NCBI RefSeq assembly: GCF_006345805.1
Contig: NW_021832970.1
Coordinates: 1,270 to 65,269 of the forward strand
Reading direction: 5' to 3'
DNA from: Octopus sinensis
Lineage: Eukaryota
DNA: 64,000 nucleotides
Positions 51,425 through 63,883 of the stretch are shown one piece after another. The translations under genes were made by a program, and so were the position numbers. Each line of letters begins with the position of its first letter. Position 1 is the first letter of the stretch. The notes beneath the pieces are model-generated. The model was not told the DNA's origin. It searched no databases and was given only the letters and a program-made list of their open reading frames with translations.

Positions 51425-53237
51425 AAGAGTGATAGCTTTTCTTGCGCGCGTATATGTGTATATGTTGCGTAAGCTTCACATATGTGCGTAGATATTCGAG
51501 TATGTCTACTATTTATGTGTGAGTGTGACAGCGAGTATGTGTGACCGTATTTGAATGTGAATATGTGCGTGTATCTGTGTGACAATGTGTGTGTGTGTGT
51601 ATTTCTTAATATAAGTGTGTGACGGTCTGTATCTTTGTTGCAGTGTGTGCGTGTGCTATTGTGTGTGTACGTGTGCGAGTGGTGAATGTATGTGCCTGAG
51701 TGATAGCATGTATGTTTGCTATATAGGTGTGTGAGTGAGAGTGGCAGTAATAGAAGTAGTGTGTGTGTGTGTGTGTGTGTGTGTGGGCGTGCTTCAGTAC
51801 TTTTATGTTGGAGCAAACCGACGGGGAGGAAGGGAAAAAGAAGAGAAAGAGAAGGATAAGAAGACGGAGAGGGAGAGGCAGTAAAGTGTGTGCGTGTATG
51901 TAGGATATGTAGTGTATGTGTGTATGTGTATGGGAGAGAGAGGCGAAGCGAAAACTGTGTAAAGAAAGCGTAATACGTACACACAATACACACGCATACC
52001 TACACACACATAGAAAGAGGGGAGAGGGAGAAAAAGTGCGCGAGAGAGCGAGAGAAAGACAGAGAGACAGAGAGAGAGAGTGTGTGTGAGAATGGGAGAA
52101 AGAATGAACGAGTGTGAGAAACGAATAGAGCAAGTGTGCGAGGGAATGAAGGAAAGAGACAGAAAGAGAAAGACACAAGGAGAGAGAGAGAGAGAGAGAT
52201 AAATGAATGTCTAAGAAAATAGGAGAAAACGAAGAAGAGTGAGAAAGAGAAAAGAAGAGAAAGAGAGAGAAAGAGAAATGGGGAGAGAGAGAGAGAGAGA
52301 GAGATCAGCTACGGAGCACAAAGAGCCATCAACAGTAGGTGACGAGAGAAAGGAAGGGGAAAAGAAAGTTGACGAAGGTGGTAGGAAGAGTAGTTAACGA
52401 AGACGTGGTAGGACGTTTGGAGAGGAAGGGGAAGGGCGAAGAGAGATAAAGACTGGAGGAGGAGATGAATAAGAGAACGAAGGGTTTTCCCAACTCTCTA
52501 TTTCTCGTTTACTCTCTTTAACTCTCCCTCTCTTACTGCCTACTCCCTTTTTACTCTTCTACTCTCTCTTACTCGCCCATACTCTCTCTTACTTTCCCAT
52601 TCTCTCCCTTACGCTCTCACCCTGTATATTTTCTATATCCATCAGTCAGTCCCTCACTCTCTCTCTCACTTTTTCTGCCTCTTTCTCCCCCTCTCTCTCT
52701 CTCTCTCTCCGTCACTGAAAGAGAAGAGAAGGAAGAGGAACAAGGGGAGGAGGTGGATCAGGGTCACGCGTTGTTGTGGCAATAAATAAATAAATAATGG
52801 AAGAGAGCAGCCGACACAATTTCTTCAGTGAAAGTCGTCTGGTCGTCGTCGTTGTCGTCGCCATCTTCGACGTCACCCAAGTCTTTTATTAATTTCTTTT
52901 ACTGTTGAAACATTGTGTTAACCGACAATAATTCCATAAACATTGGGAAAATAGAGCTTGATTTATAGATATTGGTAGGAGAAAAGCAAAATTATACGGG
53001 TGTTTTTCTTCTTTTTCTATTATTCATTCCCAGTGTATGATGTGACAGAGTAAGCTCGTGAGTGGTGTCAACTGACTCGACTAAATATATACATACATAC
53101 TTACATACATACATACAAGCATACATACATACATACTATATGCATACATACATACATACATACATACATACATACATACATACATACATACACAACATAC
53201 AACATGTTTTCAAGTACACTCAAATCATACCTACCTA

Positions 53238-53269
<32 letters not shown>

Positions 53270-53369
53270 ACCGTAATAATAAGGGTGAAATTAATTAATT
53301 TGGAATAATTATCAATACACCAAGTAGTCTTCGGCATGTAAAAGCCTCATTTGAGGAAAATTTAAGTAA

Positions 53370-53480
53370 TACTAAGCAATAGGGTTTAGCAACGAATTGC
53401 CTTACCCACATACCGAATTTATAAATTTCTAAATTCGGTATGTGGTAAGGCATTCGTTGGCTGAACCCTATTGCTTAGTA
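53370..53480. repeat. Fold-back inverted repeat (~51-bp arms, 8-10 nt loop)
   Basis: TACTAAGCAATAGGGTTTAGCAACGAATTGCCTTACCCACATACCGAATTT is mirrored at 53431-53480 with one substitution and three 1-nt indels. Confidence 0.9.
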
Positions 53481-54159
53481 TATATATATATAATATATAT
53501 ATAATACATACGTGTGTGCATACATACGTAGACATACGTATGTACATACATGCATACGTACATGCATACATGCATACATACGTACATATAGATGTGTGTG
53601 TATGCACATATATACATTCATAAAGACACACACATTGCTTCTTGTCAAATGATAGCCGTTTCATTATTTATTGTGTACTGTCATTCATTATTTACGGTCT
53701 TATGCCCATGTGTATACTGAATGATGGGACATCTGTGCAACATGGGATTATAGTAACCGAGGCTTGTGTGACACATATGTCCTACATCCATAGCTAAATG
53801 TTGAAGAGCAAGCATGCCAAAGATCTATTCCATCTCCAAGAGTTTGAGAACAAAAATATTCCTATAAATCAGTTATGGTATACTTTTACAATTCGTGTCC
53901 GAGCGATTCTTCAACATGTCATATTTTTCCAACGAGGATGACTCGGCTTTGCTAAACGGATTCATAGGAACTTTTGTTATCATATATACCTACGACATCA
54001 TCGGTCTTTATTATGTATGAACCTGGTTAAAACAAAACTTGGTGCTCTCGAAACAGCTGTCAAGATAAGACTATTACATAACACCTTTCATTTTCTTTAT
54101 TTTTTCTTTCAAGAGACTGAATTTTGTATTTCATGTAAATATATGCATTAAACATTCTC

Positions 54160-55720
54160 GAGTCTTTCTCGACATTTCGGTCAGCATTCATCACTCCTCT
54201 CTCACCACCTCCATCCACTACAAACACACAGACTCACACTTTACTTCAACTTCTCCTCCTCACACCCTAAACACACCAAGCTTTCCCTCCTCTATTCCCA
54301 ATTCCTCCGTCTACGCAGGCTCTGCAGTGATGACCATGACTTCGAGACTCAGTCTCAACTCATGGCTCGCCACTTCATTCTACGTGGATATCCCTTCACC
54401 ACTATCCACACCGCCCTTGCCAGAGCACTTCCGTGGACTGTGCATCTGCTCTCTCCCTCATACCCTACCCGCCGTCACCCGCCTCCCCTCATCTACCATC
54501 CCACTACCCTACCTCTCCAACGCACCATTCTCCGAGCCTTCCGGCGACTTCAGTCCGACCACTCCATTTCCCTCCTTCAAACAAGCCCACAACCTACGAG
54601 ACCTCTTGGTCCACATTTTCTTCCCTAACCCAACCTCCCAACCAGGCTCGTTTCCATGCTCCCGCCCACGCTGCTGCACTTGTCCTTACCTCTCCAACAC
54701 CACTCTCTTCACAGGCACCCATCATAGACCCTATCATATTACTGACTCCTTCACCTGCACGTCTAGCAAAGTCATCTACTGCATCTCTTGCTCTCTCTCT
54801 TGTTTCTCATTAAACTTTTTGTTTTTCATTAAACTTTTTTATTTTTGGTAAATATACTTTTTCTCACACACACACACACACACACACGGAACGCCGCTTG
54901 GCTGACCGGTTCGCGGTACGCCTCCGAGACATCTGACTCGGTAATGACACCTCAGTCTCGCGCCATTTCCGCTCTACCAGTCACTCTTTACAGCATCTGT
55001 CTGTATTCGGATTGTCCTTACACAGAGGTCATCCGGACTCCCGTCTTCGCCGTGAGCAAGGATTAATCTTCTCTCTTCACTCCTTTGCGCCCCATGCGCT
55101 CAACTCTCCTCCTCTCTCTTCTCTTCCTTTCACACCTACTTCTTCCCACCATCTCTCCTCTCTTGCTCTGGCACCTACTTCCTCTCTTCCTCCTACCCAC
55201 CTTCTCCCTTCCACCCTCTCCCTTCATCGTTACCCCCTCCCTCGTTACCCCACTCCTACACATTCCAACCCCAACATCTCTACACATCCCATCCCACCTC
55301 ACACCAATCCCTTAAACCCCACCCTTGCTTCCCCCATTCTCGCCTCCCCCACACCCCAACATCACCACACTGCACCACATACCACCACACCAAACACACA
55401 CCACACCACACATCACATCACATCACGCCACACATACACACGCACGCGCTCCTTCGTTTTGGGATCGTCACCACTTTATTATCTCCCCTTCTTCCTAGCT
55501 TTCCTGTGTGATCCCTCTGTCCGGTATTCGACATGATAGATCGCTAGAAACTAAACCTTTTTCTATTTTCTCTCCCTATTTATTTCTGTGTTTCTTTCTG
55601 TCGAAGAGCGTAGGCTCGAAACGTAAAAGACTTTCTCACTTCCCAAGCGTTAAACTAATACATCTGTTTTTTGTGTACACACCCGTCTTCGTCTTTTGTT
55701 TTTTTGTAAATTCTCACTAT
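54160..55720 (+). mobile_element. Penelope-like element remnant (Neptune-like): RT C-terminus, Cys linker, GIY-YIG, 3'UTR and pseudo-LTR
   Basis: FLDISVSI..TTSIHYK, HPKHTKLSLLYSQFLRLRRLCSD, GSFPCSRPRCCTCPY, FTCTSSKVIYCISC, then after a microsatellite break ERRLADRF..SVSRHF..RREQGLIFSL; hammerhead at 55593-55630. Confidence 0.88.
55593..55630 (+). ncRNA. Minimal hammerhead motif (A6U variant)
   Basis: TCTTT-CTGTCGA-A-GAGC(GTAG)GCTC-GAAAC-GTA-AAAGA. Confidence 0.6.
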
Positions 55721-55849
55721 GTATGTATGTATGTATGTATGTATGTATGTATGTATGTATGTATGTATGTATGTATGTATGTATGTATGTATGTATGTAT
55801 GTATGCATGTGTGTGTGTATAGATAGATAGATTTATTTATTTGTGTATG

Positions 55850-56050
55850 TGTATAGTTCAAATTCACAGAAGACAAGAAAGGTGAAGGAACATCAAGCAG
55901 GTGTATTTGTTTAATGCTCGGGAAGAATGGAAAAGTCTTTGACGTTTCAAACCTACGCTCTTCAGCAGAAAAGATTGAGAGTGGGGAGAAATGGGGAAAC
56001 AACGAAAAAAACGGAGAGAAAGAAAATATATAGTGATCAACGATTCACCA
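55850..56050 (-). mobile_element. Related PLE pseudo-LTR module, tail-to-tail with the previous one; hammerhead at 55936-55974
   Basis: Minus strand TCTTTT-CTGCTGA-A-GAGC(GTAG)GTTT-GAAAC-GTC-AAAGA, followed by TTCCCGAGCATTAAACAAATACACCTG. Confidence 0.65.
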
Positions 56051-56063
56051 TGATGAATATATG

Positions 56064-56164
<101 letters not shown>

Positions 56165-56423
56165 CGGAGATGTACTTGCATAGCAAGTAATTTGATCTGA
56201 GATCGTGTGCTGAAACGAAAACAATTACAGCCTGGAAGGTGTTTGTAAGCCATTTAAGAAACACACAAAAGCCGTTCGATTCACTTCAACATTTAAGTTT
56301 AATTTGTCAAAATATTTTCGTCGATTTAAGACCGCGACCTTCGGCGGACTTCTAGTTTCTGTCTACCAAATCCACTTACAAAGTTTTGGTTGACCACACA
56401 CTATAGTAGAAAACACTTGCTCG

Positions 56424-56495
<72 letters not shown>

Positions 56496-56624
56496 GAAAG
56501 ACAGACAGACAGATAGGTAGATGGACAGATAGTTCGATCGATCTCGATCGATAGACAGACAGACAGACAGACAGACAGAAAGGCAGACAGACAGACAGAC
56601 AGACAGACAGATAGACAGACAGAC

Positions 56625-56698
<74 letters not shown>

Positions 56699-57550
56699 CG
56701 CTATTCAGATTTTTTTAAGCAGATGTTCAGAAAACTCTATCCAAAACTGGATCTTGATCCAGAGAAGGAACATGATCAAAGTTCTATTATTCATCTGATT
56801 GAATTGGTTAGGACAAATTCATGTAGCAGCATTAAAGTTAATCGGAACAGATTAACGGATAAGCGGTCGATTGATCTAAATAATGATTATGATAAATTGA
56901 CTTGGGATCAAGGCGGATTAGAGACTAATTTTTCCAAGTAGTTTAGTGAGAAAATCTGTTCAGTATATTTAGCATTAATGTATTATTTGTTTCGCAGAAT
57001 CTCAAAGAATAGCAGAAACTGACGAGGAAGAACAATACCGAAACAGATGCTTCTGTTGGTAATGCAGTTCTTGCTGAAAATATATTCGCGGTTTTTTACC
57101 CCAAATATAGCATTGAAGACGTTTCGTGACGTAATAACCAGAAAGGATTACAGTAAATTAGCGTCTAATTGATACCAAAAACGGATGAATAACAATTATC
57201 AGAGCGGATTGTAGCGGAATCGAATATTTCTGAGATACATATTGGCAAATTGAAGGGAGTTAAATGATGAGAGATTGATCCATGCGAATCAGTGGTAACT
57301 CGATCTGAGCGGTTTGGTCACAAAATAAACCAGTAACAACAGATTTTTCAAAACGGATTAGAGAGACCTTCGTATGTGAGGGATAATTATAAATTGATTG
57401 AAGAATACTTTACAAGTGATCAAGTCACGTGATCTCAACTGCAAGGAATTTGGTCGTAGTATTCATTTGATCGAACGATTGCAAAAATATTCCCCACTAC
57501 ATCTGTGATATAACCAATGCGTTTGTTACACATAACTATCCTACTCCTCT

Positions 57551-57602
<52 letters not shown>

Positions 57603-57621
57603 CCCCTTCTCTCTCCTCTTT

Positions 57622-57667
<46 letters not shown>

Positions 57668-57908
57668 CCGCTTGCCCCCTCTTTTTTAATGTCTGCCATC
57701 TTTGCCCCAGTGACACAGTTAAAGTTTTTTACGCCTCCATAACTTTTGACCTTCCGGCACAGATCTCCATGGTAACCAATAATTATATCAACCCCGACGT
57801 GTTATACTGAAGTGTCTTAGTCACATACAACTTGTATTTTCGCCCCTAATTAAGACAAAACTGATGAGAATTAATGAGCCCTATATACCTTACACACACA
57901 CACACACA

Positions 57909-57956
<48 letters not shown>

Positions 57957-58138
57957 CACACATGTACACGTACACACACACAGACATGCAAGCTTGTACG
58001 CATTTCAACACACTCATACGTATACACCAACATACGTACACACGCAAATATACATAAACACATAATATAGAGATATATATAAATACACATGCATACAAAC
58101 AGACAAACACACACCCACATGTATGTATGTATGTATGA

Positions 58139-58172
<34 letters not shown>

Positions 58173-58299
58173 CGCATACGTTTTCATATATTCAAGCACG
58201 CACATTTTCCTCATACCCACATGCATACATTCATTCATACATACATACATACATACATACATACATACATACATACATACATACATACAAACATACATA

Positions 58300-58369
58300 C
58301 ATACATGCATGCATGTTGGTATGTATGTATGTATGTATTTATGTTGGTATGTATGTATGTATGTATGCA

Positions 58370-58406
<37 letters not shown>

Positions 58407-58608
58407 ATACGCATATACATTCATGCTCTCACACATATAATGATTTGATCCGCATGCAAGATATACGCTTAATCTGCTTGTAAAATCTGAGGTACGGGAT
58501 CAGTTCGAATATGAGACAAGCTATGCTTTACTGATGAGGCCAATCAAGGGCGAAATGTAGGCTTGTCTGGCCTTTGCATCTGAAACAATAGAAACCGAAA
58601 ACGCACGC
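58300..58608 (+). repeat. Left arm of a near-identical inverted repeat carrying a hammerhead motif
   Basis: The unique part 58410-58608 is the reverse complement of 61524-61722 with only a few substitutions; a shared GTTGGTATG interruption extends the match into the microsatellite. Confidence 0.92.
58514..58568 (+). ncRNA. Hammerhead motif with canonical CUGAUGA core
   Basis: CTGATGA-G-GCC(AATCAAG)GGC-GAAAT-GTA; helix AGACAAGCT/GGCTTGTCT closes the motif but is offset by 8 nt from the core. Confidence 0.6.
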
Positions 58609-58689
58609 ATATATGTACATATTTTCGACTGGGTTCAATAATATTTGTTCAATACGTTTAGTTCACCACTGCATTTATGAGTTCTACAA

Positions 58690-59331
58690 TTCTTGAGGTA
58701 AGAAAGTCCATTTGGAAGATATTTCTTTGTTTTATATGTCGTATTTCCAATTTTCTAATTCCTGGTACTCATAACTTATGGTATGAAACAATTAGATTGA
58801 GGTTCGATGTCTGTAATACTCATTTCTACATTAAGTACAAGGTGTGATGTTTTGGGAAGGGATCTTGTTGATTACATTGACCCCAGTGCACAACTGGTAC
58901 TTATTTTAACGTCCCTGAAAGGATGAAAGGCAAAAGCGATCACGGCGGAATTTGAACTCAGAAGGTAAAGACGGACGAAATGACACGAAGCATTTTATCC
59001 GGCGTGCACGCAACTGTCCCAGCATGCTATCTTATTCGTATGTGTGTAGGATTGAATGGTACTGCCCAGGTGTCGAAACAATAGTGGTATCCATCAGGCA
59101 CCTGATGATGGGGGCATACCTTTCATTCGCAAGTTGTCTGAATCTTTTATATCTTGTGTTTTTTTGTCCTAACTTGTCCTTCATTCTCATAGGACTGGAC
59201 TTGTGAAACCGTTCTTTTATCTAAGCTGGTTGTGTTGTTTGTCATATTCCATATATTGATGTTGCACGATGTCCTTCACTAGGATTCTAATTCTAGCTTG
59301 GGTAATGCTTATTAAGGATTTCTAATTTATA

Positions 59332-59382
<51 letters not shown>

Positions 59383-59415
59383 TACATACATATATATATA
59401 TATATGCATACATAC

Positions 59416-59447
<32 letters not shown>

Positions 59448-60250
59448 GCATACATATATATTATATATGCATACATACATATATACACACACGCACACAT
59501 GCACACATGCACACAAACAACATACTCACACATGCACGCACATAGACATACATACACACACATGCATACATACATACAACACACACACACTACACACACA
59601 CACACACATATATAGATATATAATATATATATATATATTATATATATATATATATATTATTATGTATGCATACATAGATTCATCCAAGACCGAGATATAG
59701 TGATTTCTCAACAAGAGATTAAGCAATGACATAAGATATTGTTGCTGACATACTTTTCCTATCGACACAAACGTAGTGAACAAAACAACACCAATCAAGA
59801 ATCAAAATCGAAGGACAGATTACTGTCATTACACAAGTACGTGTATATTTGCTCTACCTGGCTTTGGTCCCTCAGCTCCTTGATTGGGTCGTAGGGACAC
59901 CGTAGTATAATGCAGCATGTTTTAGGCATTTTCAGACCTTACGGAGCCTATCCCTCTGTATATAATCTTGTTTAGAATCAGCGGGCCATTTATATAAGCT
60001 AGCTTTTCTGTTGTCGAAGCAACTGCAGCTAACCTTCATTGTGTTACGATCGAATGACTTCGGGAACCTTTAATTAACCGTTTTACTGCGGAAATCGTAT
60101 ATATACACTCAAAACTTCATTGCCTTTAACTGCAGAAAATAGTATTTGGTACCAATCTATCTTTTGTTCAGGAAAATCATCTTTGAAGCATTTTTTTTTG
60201 AGATGTCAAGTTTGAGATAACTTGACTTGCAGAAAATGCCAATTCTCTCT
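58690..60250 (-). pseudogene. Highly decayed PLE-like ORF remnants between the inverted arms
   Basis: FPKSFDRNTMKVSCSCFDN (~60010-60068) resembles the PLE linker (FNRNTxKVSYSC); IKERFHKSS (~59190) and ELENWKYDI*NKEISSKWTFL (~58720-58780) resemble GIY-YIG segments. Weak, fragmentary matches. Confidence 0.35.
58860..59020 (-). mobile_element. SINE-A, diverged
   Basis: GACCCCAGTGCACAACTGGTAC, GGATGAAAGGCAAA, GGCGGAATTTGAACTCAGAA. Confidence 0.85.
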
Positions 60251-60925
60251 CTCAGTCTCTTCTAATATTTAGCATTATTATCGGTCCCACTACCTAAAAA
60301 GAAGGGCAGCTGAAATTTTGTTATCTTGCAAGCACTTTTCAAGCCACGGTACAAAATAATCTCATATCAAATGTCTAGACGTGTGCCTTCCCTCAAATGA
60401 GCATATACATACCTACGAGTATGTTCGTATACATGTATCTGTGTATATATATCTGCGCATATACATATGCGTGTGTATGTACGAATCTATCTAGCTATCT
60501 ATATACATACGTACGTACAAACACGCATCTAGGTGTGTATACATGCAGATATATGTACAGGCCATCTACATGACATTCTCTGTCACTTGTATTTTACCAT
60601 ACGCATGCCCAAAAAAGAAATTGATAACACACATGCCCTAGATAAAGAAACTTAAATAAAATCACCAATAAAATCACTTTCATCACACACGGGTGGGAAT
60701 GTATATATATATATATATGCATGTGTGCGTGTATGAATGTATGCATAAGATTGTGTGTTAGCTATCGAAAAATCTAGTACAAACATAGAGCACTTTCATT
60801 CACATATAGATAGATAGATAGATAGATAGATAGAAAGATAGATAGATAGATATACGTACATACATACATATACATACATATCATAATATATTATATATAT
60901 ATATATAATATATCACACACACACA

Positions 60926-60974
<49 letters not shown>

Positions 60975-61523
60975 ATATATATTATAAATATTCACACACA
61001 CCAGTAGCGAAAAAAATAGATTTCTGGTAAAACGCTTCTCTCATCGGCATGTGTGTATATGTGCATATATATGTGTCTATATATGTGTGTCTACATACGT
61101 ACATACATACATACATACATACATACATACATACATACATACATACACCCAGTATACATTAAATACTTTCAAACTTTGTTATTTTATTAAAACTCCTCCA
61201 ACACACACACGCCCCCTTATTCAGTGATCCTTCTCTGCCGATACAAAACACACCCATATCATATTTTTACCAAAACAACGACAACGACCAAACAACAAAC
61301 GAAATTTTCCACCCTTCCGCCAATTTATCAGCCTGTATCGATTTTCTCGACAATTATCTGATCACGAAGAAGATTATTTTGCTAACAATTCTTCTGTCAT
61401 TCTAGACAAGACGCTCACTTCTGGGTGGTGTAGCTCATACTTCGACAAGATCAGCAGTTACTGAACGGCCATGGGGATAAGGTGTTGGTCATTTCATTCG
61501 CTAATCATGTGTCCTATTCTACA

Positions 61524-61860
61524 GCGTGCGTTTTCGGTTTCTATTGTTTCAGATGTAAAGGCCAGACAAGCCTACATTTCGCCCTTGATTGGCCTCATCA
61601 GTAAAGCATAGCTCGTCTCATATTCGAACTGATCCCGTACCTCAGATTTTACAAGCAGATTAAGCGTATATCTTGCATGCGGATCAAATCATTATATGTG
61701 TGAGAGCATGAATGTATATGCATATGTACACATACACACACACACACACACACACATACATACATACATACATATATACATACATACATACATACATACA
61801 TACATACCAACATACATACATACATACATACCAACATACATACATACATACATACCAGCA
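61524..61860 (-). repeat. Right arm of the inverted repeat; hammerhead on the minus strand (~61564-61618)
   Basis: AGACAAGCCTACATTTCGCCCTTGATTGGCCTCATCAGTAAAGCATAGCTCGTCT is the reverse complement of the left-arm motif. Confidence 0.92.
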
Positions 61861-61922
61861 TACATACATACATACATACATACATACATACATACATACA
61901 TACATACACATACATATATTGT

Positions 61923-62165
61923 GGAAGCATGTAGCTTAATGGTTATGATGTCAGATTCATGATTGTAAGATTGTGGTTTCGATTCCTGGACCAGGCGATA
62001 CGTTGCGTTCTTAACCAAAACACTTCGTTTCGCGTTGCTCCAGTCCTCTCAGCCGGCAAAATTTCCTCAAAACTTTGATGAAGGGTAGAGAGTATATCAA
62101 CCGAAACGTCATGTTAGCAAGAAACAAGATGAGGACAAATATCCATCAAACGTAAATAATGTAAA
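61923..62165 (+). mobile_element. SINE-B head/core followed by a hammerhead-like 3' module
   Basis: GGTTTCGATTCCTGG B-box and core, then TTGATGA-A-GG...CC-GAAAC-GTC at 62075-62110 and a GTAAATAAT-like tail. Confidence 0.6.
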
Positions 62166-62239
62166 TGATGTATGTATATATCTGTATATATGCTTATATA
62201 TGTATGTTATTGACCAATGGTACTCTCTCACTCTCTCTC

Positions 62240-62595
62240 TCTTTACTTGTTCCAGTCATTTGACTGCAGCTATGCTGGAGCACCGCCTATAGTCGAGCAA
62301 ATCGACCCTAGGACTTCTTCTTTGTAAGCCTAGTACTTATTCTATTGGTTTGTTTTGGCGAACCGCTAAGTTACGGGGACGTAAACACGCCAGCATCGGT
62401 TGTCAAGCGACGTTGGGTGGACAAACACAGACACACAAACACACACACACACATATACATATATACGACGGGCTTCTCTCAGTTTCCGTCTACCAAATCC
62501 ACTCACAAGGCTTTGGTCGGCCCGAGGCTATAGTAGAAGACACTTGTCCAACGTGCCACGCAGTGGAACTGAACCCGGAACCATGTGGTTGGTAA
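62240..62595 (-). mobile_element. SINE-C
   Basis: Reverse complement of the tail (CAGTCATTTGACTGCAGCTATGCTGGAGCACCGCC) through the core (GACACTTGTCCAA). Confidence 0.9.
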
Positions 62596-63659
62596 AGAGT
62601 AGAAGAGTATGTATGGATATTTATGCGCACTTACACACACACACTTATCTATACATACATGCATATGCATATATACGTGACGGGCCTCCACACAGTTTCT
62701 GTCACCGAACTTCCCTCATAAGACATTGGTCAGCCTGAAGCTGTTGCAGAAGCCACCTTCCCTATGAGCTGCACGCGATGGAACTGAACCCGAAACCACA
62801 TACGAAGCAAACTTCTTTATCACACAGCCATGCCAACACCCCAATTTATAGCTTTCTTCCTATCTAAGAAATCCTTATTTATATAATAGAAATACACACA
62901 TATTTTATTTTTGTCTCGCGCCTGACTTTCATAAATAAACTAGTTCGTATTACTATTCTTTTCAGTGTCCTTCCAGTTTTGTATTTCATTTTGTTCTTTC
63001 ACCTTCGCTTGGTTTCAAAAAGAAAGAAAAAAAAATGAAAATAAGGCTAAATCCAGTTTAACAATAAATCCTTTTCTAAATTCATGATGTATGACCTCCA
63101 TATTTATTTATTCATTTATTTATTTATTTATTCAGTCGCTTGTTAGTTTAAGTTTATTACAGTCTTCCGTTGACGCTAACTTATTGTTCGGCATCTTCGC
63201 CCTTTTCGTCGTCCGTCTTAGCCTCGGCTTTCTTCTTCTTCACCTCGTTGTTATACTTGCCAGGGAACCCTGTTTATAACTCGGCTGTCATCGTCTGCTG
63301 TCATTCTGTCACCGTTAATAAGGGCTTTAATAGGTCTCCCACTCAGTCCAGACAGATTTATTTCCCTTGTCCTTTCTTTATCAGTCGACCATAACAACGT
63401 CTCCGCACACAAAAATCGTTCCCCTTTTGTCTTTCACTCTGCTCCTGACGCTCTCCCATAATGCTTTTTTTTTATTACTCTCCCCTCATTCATTTATTAA
63501 CCCAATACCACCGCCATAGTACCCACAAATTACACCAACAGTCTCCGCATTGCAGACACTTCAATTTAATTGTCGAGAATATCACTGTGAAAATGCATAA
63601 ATTTTACACAATCCGTTTTTTTCTTTTTGCTTCCCTATTGTCCCTCATAATTGCATGAC

Positions 63660-63662
63660 CTT

Positions 63663-63706
<44 letters not shown>

Positions 63707-63774
63707 TAGTAGTAGTAGTAGTAGTAGTCGTGGTGGCGGCGGCGGCGGCGGTGGTGGTGGTGGTGGTGGTGGTG

Positions 63775-63853
<79 letters not shown>

Positions 63854-63883
63854 CAGCAACAGCAGTAGTAGTAGTAGTATTAG
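63660..63883. repeat. (GTA)n/(GGT)n/(GGC)n trinucleotide mosaic
   Basis: Direct reading. Confidence 0.95.

Noticed and set aside
51800-52710. Long purine tract followed by a pyrimidine tract as an inverted repeat
   Set aside because: Complementarity is only compositional (GA versus CT), with no unique-sequence match.
54040-54065. GAAACAGCTGTC half-hammerhead
   Set aside because: The 3' half looks right, but no recognisable CUGANGA lies upstream.
57670-57860. SGNH-esterase-like ORF1 remnant (IIIG..GAKMADI) on the minus strand
   Set aside because: Too few residues and interrupted; cannot be supported without a search.
59095-59140. Hammerhead at CTGATGATGGGG
   Set aside because: GAAA is missing (GCAA) and stem I cannot form.
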